64,000 bases of DNA, from positions 3,452 to 67,451 of the forward strand of contig CADCJQ010000009.1 of assembly GCA_902801795.1 (NCBI GenBank), given 5' to 3'. Both the position numbers and the translations under genes were made by a program. This DNA comes from an uncultured Erysipelotrichaceae bacterium. Lineage in GTDB: Bacteria; Bacillota_I; Bacilli_A; RF39; UBA660. Below, piece by piece: positions 47,021 through 55,744 of the stretch; positions within the stretch are counted from its first letter, which is position 1; each line of letters opens with the position of its first letter. The notes beneath the pieces are model-generated. The model did not search any database, was not told where the DNA came from, and saw only the letters and a list, made by a program, of their open reading frames with translations.

Positions 47021-48259
47021 TCATTCCTCCTTTATAGCATGTGTTTTAAAATAATTTTTTACTACTTTATGACCTTCAGATGAAAGGTGATATCCATCAT
47101 TTTTAATATATTTGGAATTCACATAACCATCCTTTCCTTTCAATACACTTTGAACATCTATAAATTTTAAACCATGTTCATGCGCCATTTCTAATATATA
47201 GAAATTATATTTATTGATAGTATCTTGACTAAATTTCACATTATCTAATTTTTTAGCAATTGGATATATTGAAATTAAAATTATTTCTGTATCAGGATTT
47301 ATTTCCTTAATTTTATCAAGTAACTCATTAGCATTTTTTAAAAATACATCTTCTTTTATCCAACTTGTACTAAATGAACCAAAATTAATAACCATTCTTT
47401 TAGGTTTATATTTTTTTACAGCATCCAATAGTTTAATTTTAATCCCAAGTCCATATATATTTAATTCCTTAGTAAACATTGATTCAGCATGTAAACATGG
47501 AATAGCCCAGGCATTTATACCTTTTAAATAACCTTGTGTATAAAAATACATTGTATTAGAATCTCCGACAAATTTAAAAGAATCAAAATAATTATTTCCC
47601 ATATCTTTTGTTTCAGAAAGATATGCATCTTGATACCACCCATCTAATGTATATTCTTCAAGATTCATCTGTGTTGGACGAAGTCTTTCAACTTTGACAT
47701 TTCTTTTAATACTCGTACTATTCCCAGATTTATCAGTTACTTCGTAAGTAACTAAATAATCTCCCAATTTTGTTATATCTATATTATTTGTTACCTGAAC
47801 GTTATTTGTTATATCACCATCCATATTATCAGTAGCGGTAAATCCTGGCTCTATATATTTTGTATTAATTGTAACTTCATAATTTTCACCACCTGTTAAT
47901 TTTATTTTAGGACAAGATAAATCCTTTATCTCAACAGTTCTATTAATTGTTTTAGTGAATATCCATAATTTATATTTATATTTAACATGGTATGTTCCAA
48001 CTTCTTCTTTAATATCATTGGTTACTTCAATTTCCTTTGTTATATCATCAGAAAGCAGATTTCCACTAAAGCCAGGCTCACTATATTTTTCTCCATAGTC
48101 TAAAATCATCATTTTATCACCATATAATTCAATATTAATCAAAAAATATGGCAATGAAATCAGTACAATACCCAACAAAAATAAAATAAAACATAAAAAT
48201 GACTTTTTCTTTAATTTTAACTTTTTTCTTTTAATTCTTCTTTTTTTTAATTCATCCAT
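47021..48259 (-). CDS. membrane-anchored SGNH/GDSL hydrolase with Ig-like (DUF5011-type) domains
   Basis: N-terminal TM segment. EPGFTATDNMDGDITNNVQV is Ig-like. FVGDSN matches SGNH block I and DGYHLSSEGH matches block V (DxxH). Confidence 0.7.
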   Translation of the reverse strand: MDELKKRRIKRKKLKLKKKSFLCFILFLLGIVLISLPYFLINIELYGDKMMILDYGEKYSEPGFSGNLLSDDITKEIEVTNDIKEEVGTYHVKYKYKLWIFTKTINRTVEIKDLSCPKIKLTGGENYEVTINTKYIEPGFTATDNMDGDITNNVQVTNNIDITKLGDYLVTYEVTDKSGNSTSIKRNVKVERLRPTQMNLEEYTLDGWYQDAYLSETKDMGNNYFDSFKFVGDSNTMYFYTQGYLKGINAWAIPCLHAESMFTKELNIYGLGIKIKLLDAVKKYKPKRMVINFGSFSTSWIKEDVFLKNANELLDKIKEINPDTEIILISIYPIAKKLDNVKFSQDTINKYNFYILEMAHEHGLKFIDVQSVLKGKDGYVNSKYIKNDGYHLSSEGHKVVKNYFKTHAIKEE

Positions 48260-48269
48260 CTTCTACCTA

Positions 48270-48341
48270 CTATAAATATATTATATCACATTATTTTAAT
48301 TGATACTATAAATATATTATATCACATTATTTTAATTGATA
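48270..48341. repeat. exact 2 x 36-bp tandem duplication in the DHHW-SGNH intergenic region
   Basis: ctataaatatattatatcacattattttaattgata occurs twice back to back. Each copy carries TGTGATATAAT (an extended -10) on the minus strand. Copy 2 includes the DHHW stop codon. Confidence 0.9.
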
Positions 48342-49414
48342 CTCAAAATTCCTAAATCATCATCTATTGTGCCAATATTATATATAAATAATATATTACT
48401 AATATTATTATTTCTAATGTAATCACTAATACTATTCTTATAATACCTGGGGTCTATAACATGAATTTTACTATAATGATTTGCAATAAGCGGAATAAAA
48501 CAATTAGCATAGCTATCTTTAATAATCAATATTTCATTATCCTCAACTTTGGTATTTACAATTGTAATTAATGATTGATTTCCATTTAAAAAATATGAAT
48601 ATTTATCTTTCTCATTTAAAAACTTTTCGTTATACAACGAGTACACATCTGAATCAGAATATTCTACTTGATATATATTATTATCAATTACTCTCTCAAT
48701 TATATCATGTTCAATTGTGTTATCTAGAATTTTAGAATATAAAGTTCCATAAAAATTTTCTGATACTATTTGAAAAGAGTAATTAACTGGTAAAATTCCA
48801 TTTTTGTTACAATATTCTAGATATGCATAATATGCACCTCTGGTCGTCCAATGGTGATCTGTTCGATAGTATATATATTGATTATTATTTTTTAACAAAA
48901 TATCGGAAACATCAATATAATTACTTTTAAGATTATTCTTAAAATAATCGATTGTTTCATATTCATCATAATTCAAATTATATTTAGGTAATTTATTTTG
49001 TAATATATATGAACTTGTTGGAACTAACATAAAATTGTATTTTATCTTAGGATTAGCTTCCATAAATCTATTCACAACCTTTACAATTTTTTCATTGTTT
49101 GTTGGTTTTTGATATTCTTCAATTAAATAATTATCGGCAGCATAATATAATTCATTTTGTCTTTTTACCCCAATTTTTTTAAACAAATTAGTTTTAAAAT
49201 TCAAAAATTCTTCCCGAAAGGGAAAATGATCGGCAATATAATTTGACATATTAGTCATAAAATTTCCATTAAATATACTTTCTATACTAAAAATAGGAAA
49301 TTTTTGCAAATATCTATTTTCATTAGCAGAAAATTCTTTCTTAGGTAAAACAATTGTCAAAATCAATAAAAACACAATAATAATCTGAATTAAAAAATCA
49401 ACAATTCTTTTCAT
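48332..49414 (-). CDS. DHHW-family protein (AlgX/AlgJ-like acyl-transfer partner of MBOAT)
   Basis: N-terminal TM segment and the motif YYRTDHHWTTRGAYYAY. Confidence 0.8.
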   Translation of the reverse strand: MKRIVDFLIQIIIVFLLILTIVLPKKEFSANENRYLQKFPIFSIESIFNGNFMTNMSNYIADHFPFREEFLNFKTNLFKKIGVKRQNELYYAADNYLIEEYQKPTNNEKIVKVVNRFMEANPKIKYNFMLVPTSSYILQNKLPKYNLNYDEYETIDYFKNNLKSNYIDVSDILLKNNNQYIYYRTDHHWTTRGAYYAYLEYCNKNGILPVNYSFQIVSENFYGTLYSKILDNTIEHDIIERVIDNNIYQVEYSDSDVYSLYNEKFLNEKDKYSYFLNGNQSLITIVNTKVEDNEILIIKDSYANCFIPLIANHYSKIHVIDPRYYKNSISDYIRNNNISNILFIYNIGTIDDDLGILSIN

Positions 49415-49423
49415 TAAATCCTC

Positions 49424-50797
49424 CTAAAATCTAAAATATAAAAATGGATTGTAACTATCTCCAATCAATGATGATACAGTAACAATAAATAAGAAAACAT
49501 AGATGATTATTAATAAAACTTTTGTAATAATATTACTTCTCATTTTGCTAAAAATTGGTGTACTAAACGTAATACCAAAAATATAAAATAATAAATAATT
49601 GCTAATGAAAAAAATAAATTTATTATCAATAATTGTATTATTTATAAACATACTTTTTAAATAAACGATTCCAGTTTCAATATCTTCAAATGCAAAAATC
49701 GTCCATCCGACTAGAATTAAAATAATTGCATAAATATGCTTTAACAATTTAGGCATTTTACTTATAATATTCTTTAAAACATATTTTTCTATTAATAATA
49801 TTATACCAAAATATAGTCCCCATAAAATATAGTTCCAGCTTGCACCATGCCAAATTCCTGTTAGAAGCCATACTATTATAATATTTCTCATATTTATTAT
49901 CTTATTACATCTATTGCCACCTAATGGAATATATACATAATCTCTAAACCAGCTAGATAAAGTCATATGCCATCTTCTCCAAAAGTCAGTTATGCTAATT
50001 GCAATATATGGATAGTTAAAATTATCCGGATACTTAAATCCTAGCATTTCACCTATTCCTTTAGCCATATCACTATACCCAGAAAAGTCATAATATATTT
50101 GAAGAGCAAAGGAAATAATTCCCAACCAAGCGGTTAATAAAGAAATATCACTTATATCCTTTGTTATTAATGAAAAAATATATCCAATATTATTAGCCAA
50201 TAAAACTTTTTTAAATAAACCTGTTAAAAATTTAAAAAAGCCATTATAAAAATCCTCTTTTGTAATCGTTCTATTTTTTAAATCATTACTTACTTCATCA
50301 TATCTAACAATCGGCCCAGCCACAAGTTGCGGAAACATTGATACATAGGTCAAAAAATTTAAAAATGTATCCGGTACAATATTTTTATCTTTATATACAT
50401 CAATAGTATAGCTCATAGTTTGAAATGTAAAAAAACTTATTCCTAACGGGAGTGCTATATTTAATGTCTCAATATCTAAACCTAGTAAATTTAAATTATT
50501 AATAATAAAATTACAATATTTGAATACTCCCAAAAGTAATATATTTAAAATAATAATTATAATAAAATACTTTTTTCTTTTTTGAGGATAACTAATCTTT
50601 CTAATAATTTTACTACCATAATAATTTAACATTGATGAAAATAATAAAAGTAAAATATATATTGGCTCTCCCCAACTATAGAATAATAGACTAAAAAAAA
50701 GTAAAACCTTATTCTTATATTTAAATGGTACTACGTAGTATAATAACAAAAAAACTGGCAAGAAAAAAAACAAAAAAAACAAACTACTAAAAAGCAT
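49424..50797 (-). CDS. MBOAT-family membrane O-acyltransferase (AlgI/DltB-like)
   Basis: Polytopic membrane protein with the motif FWRRWHMTLSSWFRDYVYIPLGGN, which contains the catalytic His. Confidence 0.88.
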   Translation of the reverse strand: MLFSSLFFLFFFLPVFLLLYYVVPFKYKNKVLLFFSLLFYSWGEPIYILLLLFSSMLNYYGSKIIRKISYPQKRKKYFIIIIILNILLLGVFKYCNFIINNLNLLGLDIETLNIALPLGISFFTFQTMSYTIDVYKDKNIVPDTFLNFLTYVSMFPQLVAGPIVRYDEVSNDLKNRTITKEDFYNGFFKFLTGLFKKVLLANNIGYIFSLITKDISDISLLTAWLGIISFALQIYYDFSGYSDMAKGIGEMLGFKYPDNFNYPYIAISITDFWRRWHMTLSSWFRDYVYIPLGGNRCNKIINMRNIIIVWLLTGIWHGASWNYILWGLYFGIILLIEKYVLKNIISKMPKLLKHIYAIILILVGWTIFAFEDIETGIVYLKSMFINNTIIDNKFIFFISNYLLFYIFGITFSTPIFSKMRSNIITKVLLIIIYVFLFIVTVSSLIGDSYNPFLYFRF

Positions 50798-50822
50798 ATC
50801 TATCTCCCAAATTAATTATAAC

Positions 50823-50950
50823 AAAAATGACTAAAATTATCTAGTATTTAGTCATTTTTTACATTTAGTTTCATTACTTAGTTTTTTTACTTTGATTGCT
50901 TCTTGTACCACTTTTTTTCTTAAGAATAATCAAGACTAAAATAACTCGTT
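50823..50950 (-). repeat. cassette-boundary module, copy 0 (directly upstream of the MBOAT gene)
   Basis: The minus strand reads, in order: gttattttagtcttg; a core (…acaagaagcaatcaaagtaaaaaa…); the hairpin aatgactaaa/tttagtcatt plus a T-run; gTTATAATt; gggag; ATG. Confidence 0.7.
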
Positions 50951-50982
50951 ATGTTTTATTTACTAAATTATTATTAAAAAAA

Positions 50983-51687
50983 TCACTTCTTTTTATTTAA
51001 CTTCCAAATGACCAAAGATAAACAAAATGTTATACCCAACATAGATGGTACGACTAATATTGTTCTTAATATACCATTTTGAGCAAAAGAATACCAGTCA
51101 TTTCTTAAGGATACTACTCCATTTTTCATATTTATTAAAAGATTAATTGCATAATATATTTCTTACAAAAAAGTTGGTAATAATCCATAAAAAGTATATT
51201 TAAATTTTATAATATTAGTTTTTTCAAAAATAACATAATTTAATATACTCATAACTGGAATTATCAAATGAAAAAATAAATAACTATTTTTTAATAAAGA
51301 AATATGACCACCTCTAGATGTAAATCCAAATATAGCAAATACTACAAAAAATGTTAAACTTACAGCAACAGTAGCAACCATTTTAAAAATGTAATATATT
51401 AATGGAATTTCTTTTTTTTTCCCTCTTAAAATTTGATATTCCCTATTTGCAAAAACAAATGAAACAATTCCCATAAATATATTAGATTGAACAGTATAAT
51501 AACTAAAAATTGGTATTCCTACTAATTCAGGATATGGTTCATAACCATACATAAATTTAAATCCCATAATCGACATAATTATTGCATTTATAGTCAAAAT
51601 AGATATTATTACATTAATAACCAAAGATATTTTCATTTTTTTATTATTCTTTTTTTTAATATTATCTATTTTTTTCACAACTGACAC
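50983..51687 (-). pseudogene. Pr6Pr/FAR-17a-like membrane protein interrupted by one in-frame TAA
   Basis: The ORF 51163..51687 ends ...YGLLPTFL-TAA. The same frame then continues for 59 more codons (EIYYAINLLINMKNGVV...VIWKLNKKK) to TGA at 50983. YYTVQSNIF is typical of the family (from recall). Confidence 0.5.
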
Positions 51688-51706
51688 CTCTATTTTAATT
51701 ATAAAA

Positions 51707-51797
51707 TAAAAGACTAGATAATTCTAGTCTTTAGTCATATTTTATTCTTGCTTTCCTGCTTTAATTGCAGCTTGCACAACTGCTCCATTCGGGATGG
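51707..51797 (-). repeat. cassette-boundary module, copy 1
   Basis: The minus strand reads, in order: ccatcccgaatggagcagttgtgcaagctgcaattaaagcaggaaagcaagaaTAA; atgactaaagactag-aattat-ctagtctttt; atttTATAATt; agaggtg; GTG. Confidence 0.7.
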
Positions 51798-51903
51798 TGA
51801 AATTCATACTGTTTTAAGTACTTTTTTATATTTTAAACATTCCTTCTATTACAGTTGTATATACTAAATATCTAATTGGTACTATTAAAACTAAAACAAC
51901 TTT

Positions 51904-52611
51904 TTACATCATTATCTTTTTTATATAATCTATATTGTTTTTTTCATCTTTTTCCAATTTTAAAACAAAATTAAACTTATCAACTTCTGTACTTAGAAAG
52001 AAATCTTTTTCTGGAAATACATCTTGCTGATTCACATCAAAAAATTTACTTCCAGAGGTATACTTTAATTTTTCAATTTCTTCAGTCAAATCCATCGGTT
52101 TGTTTTCTAAAAGACTTTTTATATAATATGCACATAAATTGTCTTCTTCAGTTTGACTTTTTGCTTCAAGTCCCATGCAAACCAATGAAATATCATTATA
52201 ATTATTTTGTTTTATATAATTTGCAATTGCCTTTGCATTAACTAAGCTACCAGTTAAAATAACATCAGCATTACTTGCGTTTGCAATTCCTTGAGTTCCA
52301 GCACTTGTTGTGTGTACAATTGTTTTGCCATTAAAATCTATATTTTCAATTTGTGAAGGAGAATTACCATAATCAAATCCAGGCATAATTTGGCCATGTC
52401 TTTCCCCTACTAAAATGATATTAGGATCTTCTTTTTTATAATTATATGCTATTTCAGAATCTCCTACAGGAATAATCTTATCAGCACCATTATTCATTAA
52501 ATATGCTTCTACAGTAAATGCTCTAAAAACATCAATAATAACTGTTAATCCAGTTGCTTGCTTTGCCCCCTCAACCATGTGTAATATTTTTATGTTCATC
52601 ATAATCACCAA
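51904..52611 (-). CDS. 2-phosphosulfolactate phosphatase (ComB) family protein
   Basis: VIIDVFRAFT near the N-terminus and ~230 aa in length. The likely real start is MNIKILH (about 52599). Confidence 0.6.
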   Translation of the reverse strand: MVIMMNIKILHMVEGAKQATGLTVIIDVFRAFTVEAYLMNNGADKIIPVGDSEIAYNYKKEDPNIILVGERHGQIMPGFDYGNSPSQIENIDFNGKTIVHTTSAGTQGIANASNADVILTGSLVNAKAIANYIKQNNYNDISLVCMGLEAKSQTEEDNLCAYYIKSLLENKPMDLTEEIEKLKYTSGSKFFDVNQQDVFPEKDFFLSTEVDKFNFVLKLEKDEKNNIDYIKKIMM

Positions 52612-52625
52612 TTAAATTATATCAC

Positions 52626-52737
52626 AAAAAAGACTAGTTTTACCTAGCCTTTTAATTATTTATATTAATTATTCTTTGCTTTTATTGCAGCTTGTGCAGC
52701 AGTCTCATTAGGGATGACCAAGACTAAAATGACTTAT
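52626..52737 (-). repeat. cassette-boundary module, copy 2
   Basis: The minus strand reads, in order: taagtcattttagtcttggtcatccctaatgagactgctgcacaagctgcaataaaagcaaagaataaTTAA; the hairpin aaggctag-gtaaaa-ctagtctttttt; gTGATATAATt; ggtga; ATG. Confidence 0.7.
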
Positions 52738-52747
52738 TAATACATTA

Positions 52748-53803
52748 TTATAAATGTCTAAATTCTCCAAAGTTATATGTCTTTCCAGTAGCATTTGTTA
52801 TATTATAAATGTTACCAGTCTTTGTATCTATAGCTTTATTATTGTTCATAGTTATAGAATGTTCTTCAAGTTCAATAACATCAAGGGAAGAATCTAATGT
52901 TTTTTTACCATTTTCATCTTTTTTATACATTGCATCAGTTGGTGTTAAGTAAGATATATTCCCATCCTTTATAGAATTGAAAATAATATCTCCACTGTGA
53001 TTTTTATATTTTTCTATATCAGGTCCAGACAATGTTGTATCATGGACTACATCAGCTATAAATTCACCTAGTAACTTTCCATTATCTGTAGTTATCAAAA
53101 GACTTGCTTGAGGTTTATCTACAATTCCAGCTGGTAAAGAAATAGCAACATAATCTTTATCTGTACCTTTATGAATTGAAGAAGTCATATCCCATTCAAA
53201 AAATTCATAATTAACTCCAGCATCTTCTTCCTCATCAAATTCTTTTAACATTGTTATACCATATCCTTCAAGATGATAAATAGCATCTCTTACACAATTA
53301 AGTCCAAGAGTATCATTTCCTACATAAACATTGTAATAAATATAATATGGTCCTTTTTCTTGTTGTTTTGAACTTCCTGAAGTTTGAACTCTTATAACTA
53401 CTTCACTCCCATTTACATTGACATAATTAGTCTCAAGCCCTAATGGTAAATCATCAGTATATTCTTTTTTTATTTCATGTATAGTTAATGAATCATTATT
53501 TGTTTTAGAATTATTATTTGTATTATTATTATTTATGTTATTTTGATTATTATTGTTATTATTTGTATTATTATTATTTATGTTATTTTGATTATTATTG
53601 TTATTATTTGTATTATTATTTATGTTATTTTGATTATTATTGTTATTATTTGTATTATTATTATTTATGTTATTTTGATTATTATTTGTATTATTTTGAT
53701 TATTATTGTTACTTGATGAATTATTTGTAGTATTATTTCCACAACCTGTCATAATAAATACTGTTATTAAAATAAATAAACTTAATATTACTCTCTTTAT
53801 CAT
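52748..53803 (-). CDS. lipoprotein with Asn-rich tandem-repeat linker
   Basis: Lipobox IMTGCG, followed by ~80 aa of N/Q/T/I repeats and then a ~250-aa globular region. Confidence 0.7.
   Translation of the reverse strand: MIKRVILSLFILITVFIMTGCGNNTTNNSSSNNNNQNNTNNNQNNINNNNTNNNNNNQNNINNNTNNNNNNQNNINNNNTNNNNNNQNNINNNNTNNNSKTNNDSLTIHEIKKEYTDDLPLGLETNYVNVNGSEVVIRVQTSGSSKQQEKGPYYIYYNVYVGNDTLGLNCVRDAIYHLEGYGITMLKEFDEEEDAGVNYEFFEWDMTSSIHKGTDKDYVAISLPAGIVDKPQASLLITTDNGKLLGEFIADVVHDTTLSGPDIEKYKNHSGDIIFNSIKDGNISYLTPTDAMYKKDENGKKTLDSSLDVIELEEHSITMNNNKAIDTKTGNIYNITNATGKTYNFGEFRHL
53511..53712 (-). repeat. tandem 45/45/42-bp coding repeats (Asn-rich)
   Basis: The unit tattattattatttatgttattttgattattattgttattatttg repeats from 53521, followed by degenerate partial units. 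It encodes TNNNNNNQNNINNNN-type repeats. Confidence 0.85.
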
Positions 53804-53883
53804 TTCATTTCTCCTTTACTTTAATAAGTATATCATATTTTTTATTATTTAGTTTATTAAACTATTTACTTTACTATTAATAA

Positions 53884-54026
53884 AAAAAGACTAAGTTGTG
53901 TGGTGCTTAGTCTTTGTATTTAGTTTTTATTAATTCTTTTTTGCTTTAATTGCGGCTTGTCAGTAATCTCAAATAGAAATACCAAAACCTACGATTAAGC
54001 GTACGACTAAGACTAAAATGACTTAA
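53884..54026 (-). repeat. cassette-boundary module, copy 3 (abuts the serine recombinase stop codon)
   Basis: The minus strand reads, in order: ttaagtcattttagtcttagtcgtacgc...caagccgcaattaaagcaaaaaagaatTAA; the hairpin aaagactaag-caccacacaa-cttagtcttttttt. This is the longest copy and contains two in-frame stops. Confidence 0.7.
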
Positions 54027-54031
54027 TTTTT

Positions 54032-55654
54032 TTATTTTTTTGTTGTTTTGTACTCTGTTATAAAACAGTCTTCCTTTCCTTTCCCTTCTATTTTTAATTT
54101 TATTGTTTCATCCATAAAGTTTAATTTCCATTCAAAGTAATCTTTGTGGACAATTATTTTTTCTACAATCTCATCTATTAACTTTTCATCTATTCCATTA
54201 TAATTTATATCTAATAATTTGCGAACACTTTTTCTAGCATTTTCTCTTCTAACTTCTATTGGTTCTAAACGCGCAAGTTTCTTCTCATATTCTTCTATAT
54301 CCATTTTAAATCTTTCTATTCTTTCTTCTGTCATTTTTTGAAATCTTTCAAAAGATTCTAAATCTACAATTTCATCCAAATACATATCAAGTGTTTTATC
54401 TAACTTGGCATTTTCATTTTCCACAAATTTACTTAATCTATTTATTTCCTTTTTTATATTTTTATCTTCCAATTCATCTATCTTTGATCCTTCTAAAAGT
54501 ATTTTAGTAAGTTCCTCTCGATTATCTTCATTTTGAATTAATCCTTTAAAAACTGCTTCTGCCATATATAATAATTTCCATTCTTGTACATCCATTATTT
54601 CACATGGTACATAATCATAACTATATATTCTTTCTTTTGGATGTAATTTTTTATTATAACAAATATAAGCATATGTTACACTATCTTTATTCCTGTGATA
54701 AACTCTTCTATTAAATGCTGATCCACATTCACATACAAGCTTTTTACTCCAAATATTTTTAGGAACACCTCTTGCTTGTCTCATACCAGCTCTAATAGGT
54801 TTTGAATGACTATCCAATATCATTTGAGCTTTTTCAAAATCTTCCTTGGATATTATTGGTTCATGTCTTCCTTCAATAATTACTTTTTCAACCTGACCTG
54901 TATTCTTAACTCTTTTTTGTTCTAAATAATCAGGTACATATTGTTTTCTATATATCATTGTTCCACAATAGAATGGATTTCTTAATACTCCAGTTAAATA
55001 TGAAGCTTTCCAACTGTGTAATCCAGTAGATGTTTCATATCCTTTTCTTTCTAACTCTCGTGCTATTGCAGTTGTTCCTTTACCATTTATATATTCTCTA
55101 AATATATATCTTACTATTTCAGCTTGTTCTTCATCAATGACCATATTATTTTTATCTATTTTATCATATCCTAAAATATTTCCTGTTCCATAAAATATTC
55201 CATTTTCAAATGATATTTGCATTCCGGCTTTTACTCTTAACGAAGTTTTTTTACTTTCATTTTGAGCAAGTGTAGCCATTAAAGATAATTTTAACTCTCC
55301 ATCTTCATCCTTAAATGTCCAAATATTATCTTCAGTAAAAAATACTTCAACTCCAAGTTTCTTTAAATTTCTAGTTTCCTGTAAAGTATCAACTGTATTT
55401 CTAGCAAATCTGGATACTTCACGTGTTACAATTAAATCAAATTTACCACGTTTTGCATCTTCCATCATTCGCATAAAACTTTTTCTTTTCTTAGTAGATG
55501 TACCTGTAATTCCTTCATCAATGTATTTTTCAACCAATATCCAATCAGGATGTTTTTTAAATTGTTCATCATAATATTGAATCTGATTTTCAAGTGCTGC
55601 CAATTGAGCTTCATGTTCTGTTGAAACTCTAGCATATATAGCAACCTTTCTCAT
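54032..55654 (-). CDS. large serine recombinase
   Basis: N-terminal resolvase domain VAIYARVSTEHE (catalytic Ser) and TREVSRFARN. The recombinase domain is followed by a Cys-rich zinc ribbon (CECGSAF...CYNK) and a coiled coil. Start moved to MRKVAIY, which is preceded by agaggtgataaaa. Confidence 0.9.
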   Translation of the reverse strand: MRKVAIYARVSTEHEAQLAALENQIQYYDEQFKKHPDWILVEKYIDEGITGTSTKKRKSFMRMMEDAKRGKFDLIVTREVSRFARNTVDTLQETRNLKKLGVEVFFTEDNIWTFKDEDGELKLSLMATLAQNESKKTSLRVKAGMQISFENGIFYGTGNILGYDKIDKNNMVIDEEQAEIVRYIFREYINGKGTTAIARELERKGYETSTGLHSWKASYLTGVLRNPFYCGTMIYRKQYVPDYLEQKRVKNTGQVEKVIIEGRHEPIISKEDFEKAQMILDSHSKPIRAGMRQARGVPKNIWSKKLVCECGSAFNRRVYHRNKDSVTYAYICYNKKLHPKERIYSYDYVPCEIMDVQEWKLLYMAEAVFKGLIQNEDNREELTKILLEGSKIDELEDKNIKKEINRLSKFVENENAKLDKTLDMYLDEIVDLESFERFQKMTEERIERFKMDIEEYEKKLARLEPIEVRRENARKSVRKLLDINYNGIDEKLIDEIVEKIIVHKDYFEWKLNFMDETIKLKIEGKGKEDCFITEYKTTKK

Positions 55655-55744
55655 TTTTATCACCTCTACTAAAAAATATCATTTTTAATTAATAATATAT
55701 AATGTACGATTTTTGCATAAAAAAGAAGTATTTCTACTTCTCCA

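Noticed and set aside
53511-53712. Regular short repeats considered as a possible CRISPR array.
   Set aside because: The repeats are contiguous with no unique spacers. They are in-frame within a lipoprotein gene and encode Asn-rich peptide repeats.
50876-54026. Plus-strand reading of the module cores as lipoprotein signal peptides. All four copies give L-I-A-(A/S)-C lipobox-like strings such as ALIAAC.
   Set aside because: No start codon, no basic N-region and no downstream ORF. The frames close within a few codons and are preceded by stops. The lipobox-like string is most simply a by-product of the conserved TTAATTGCAGCTTG DNA word.
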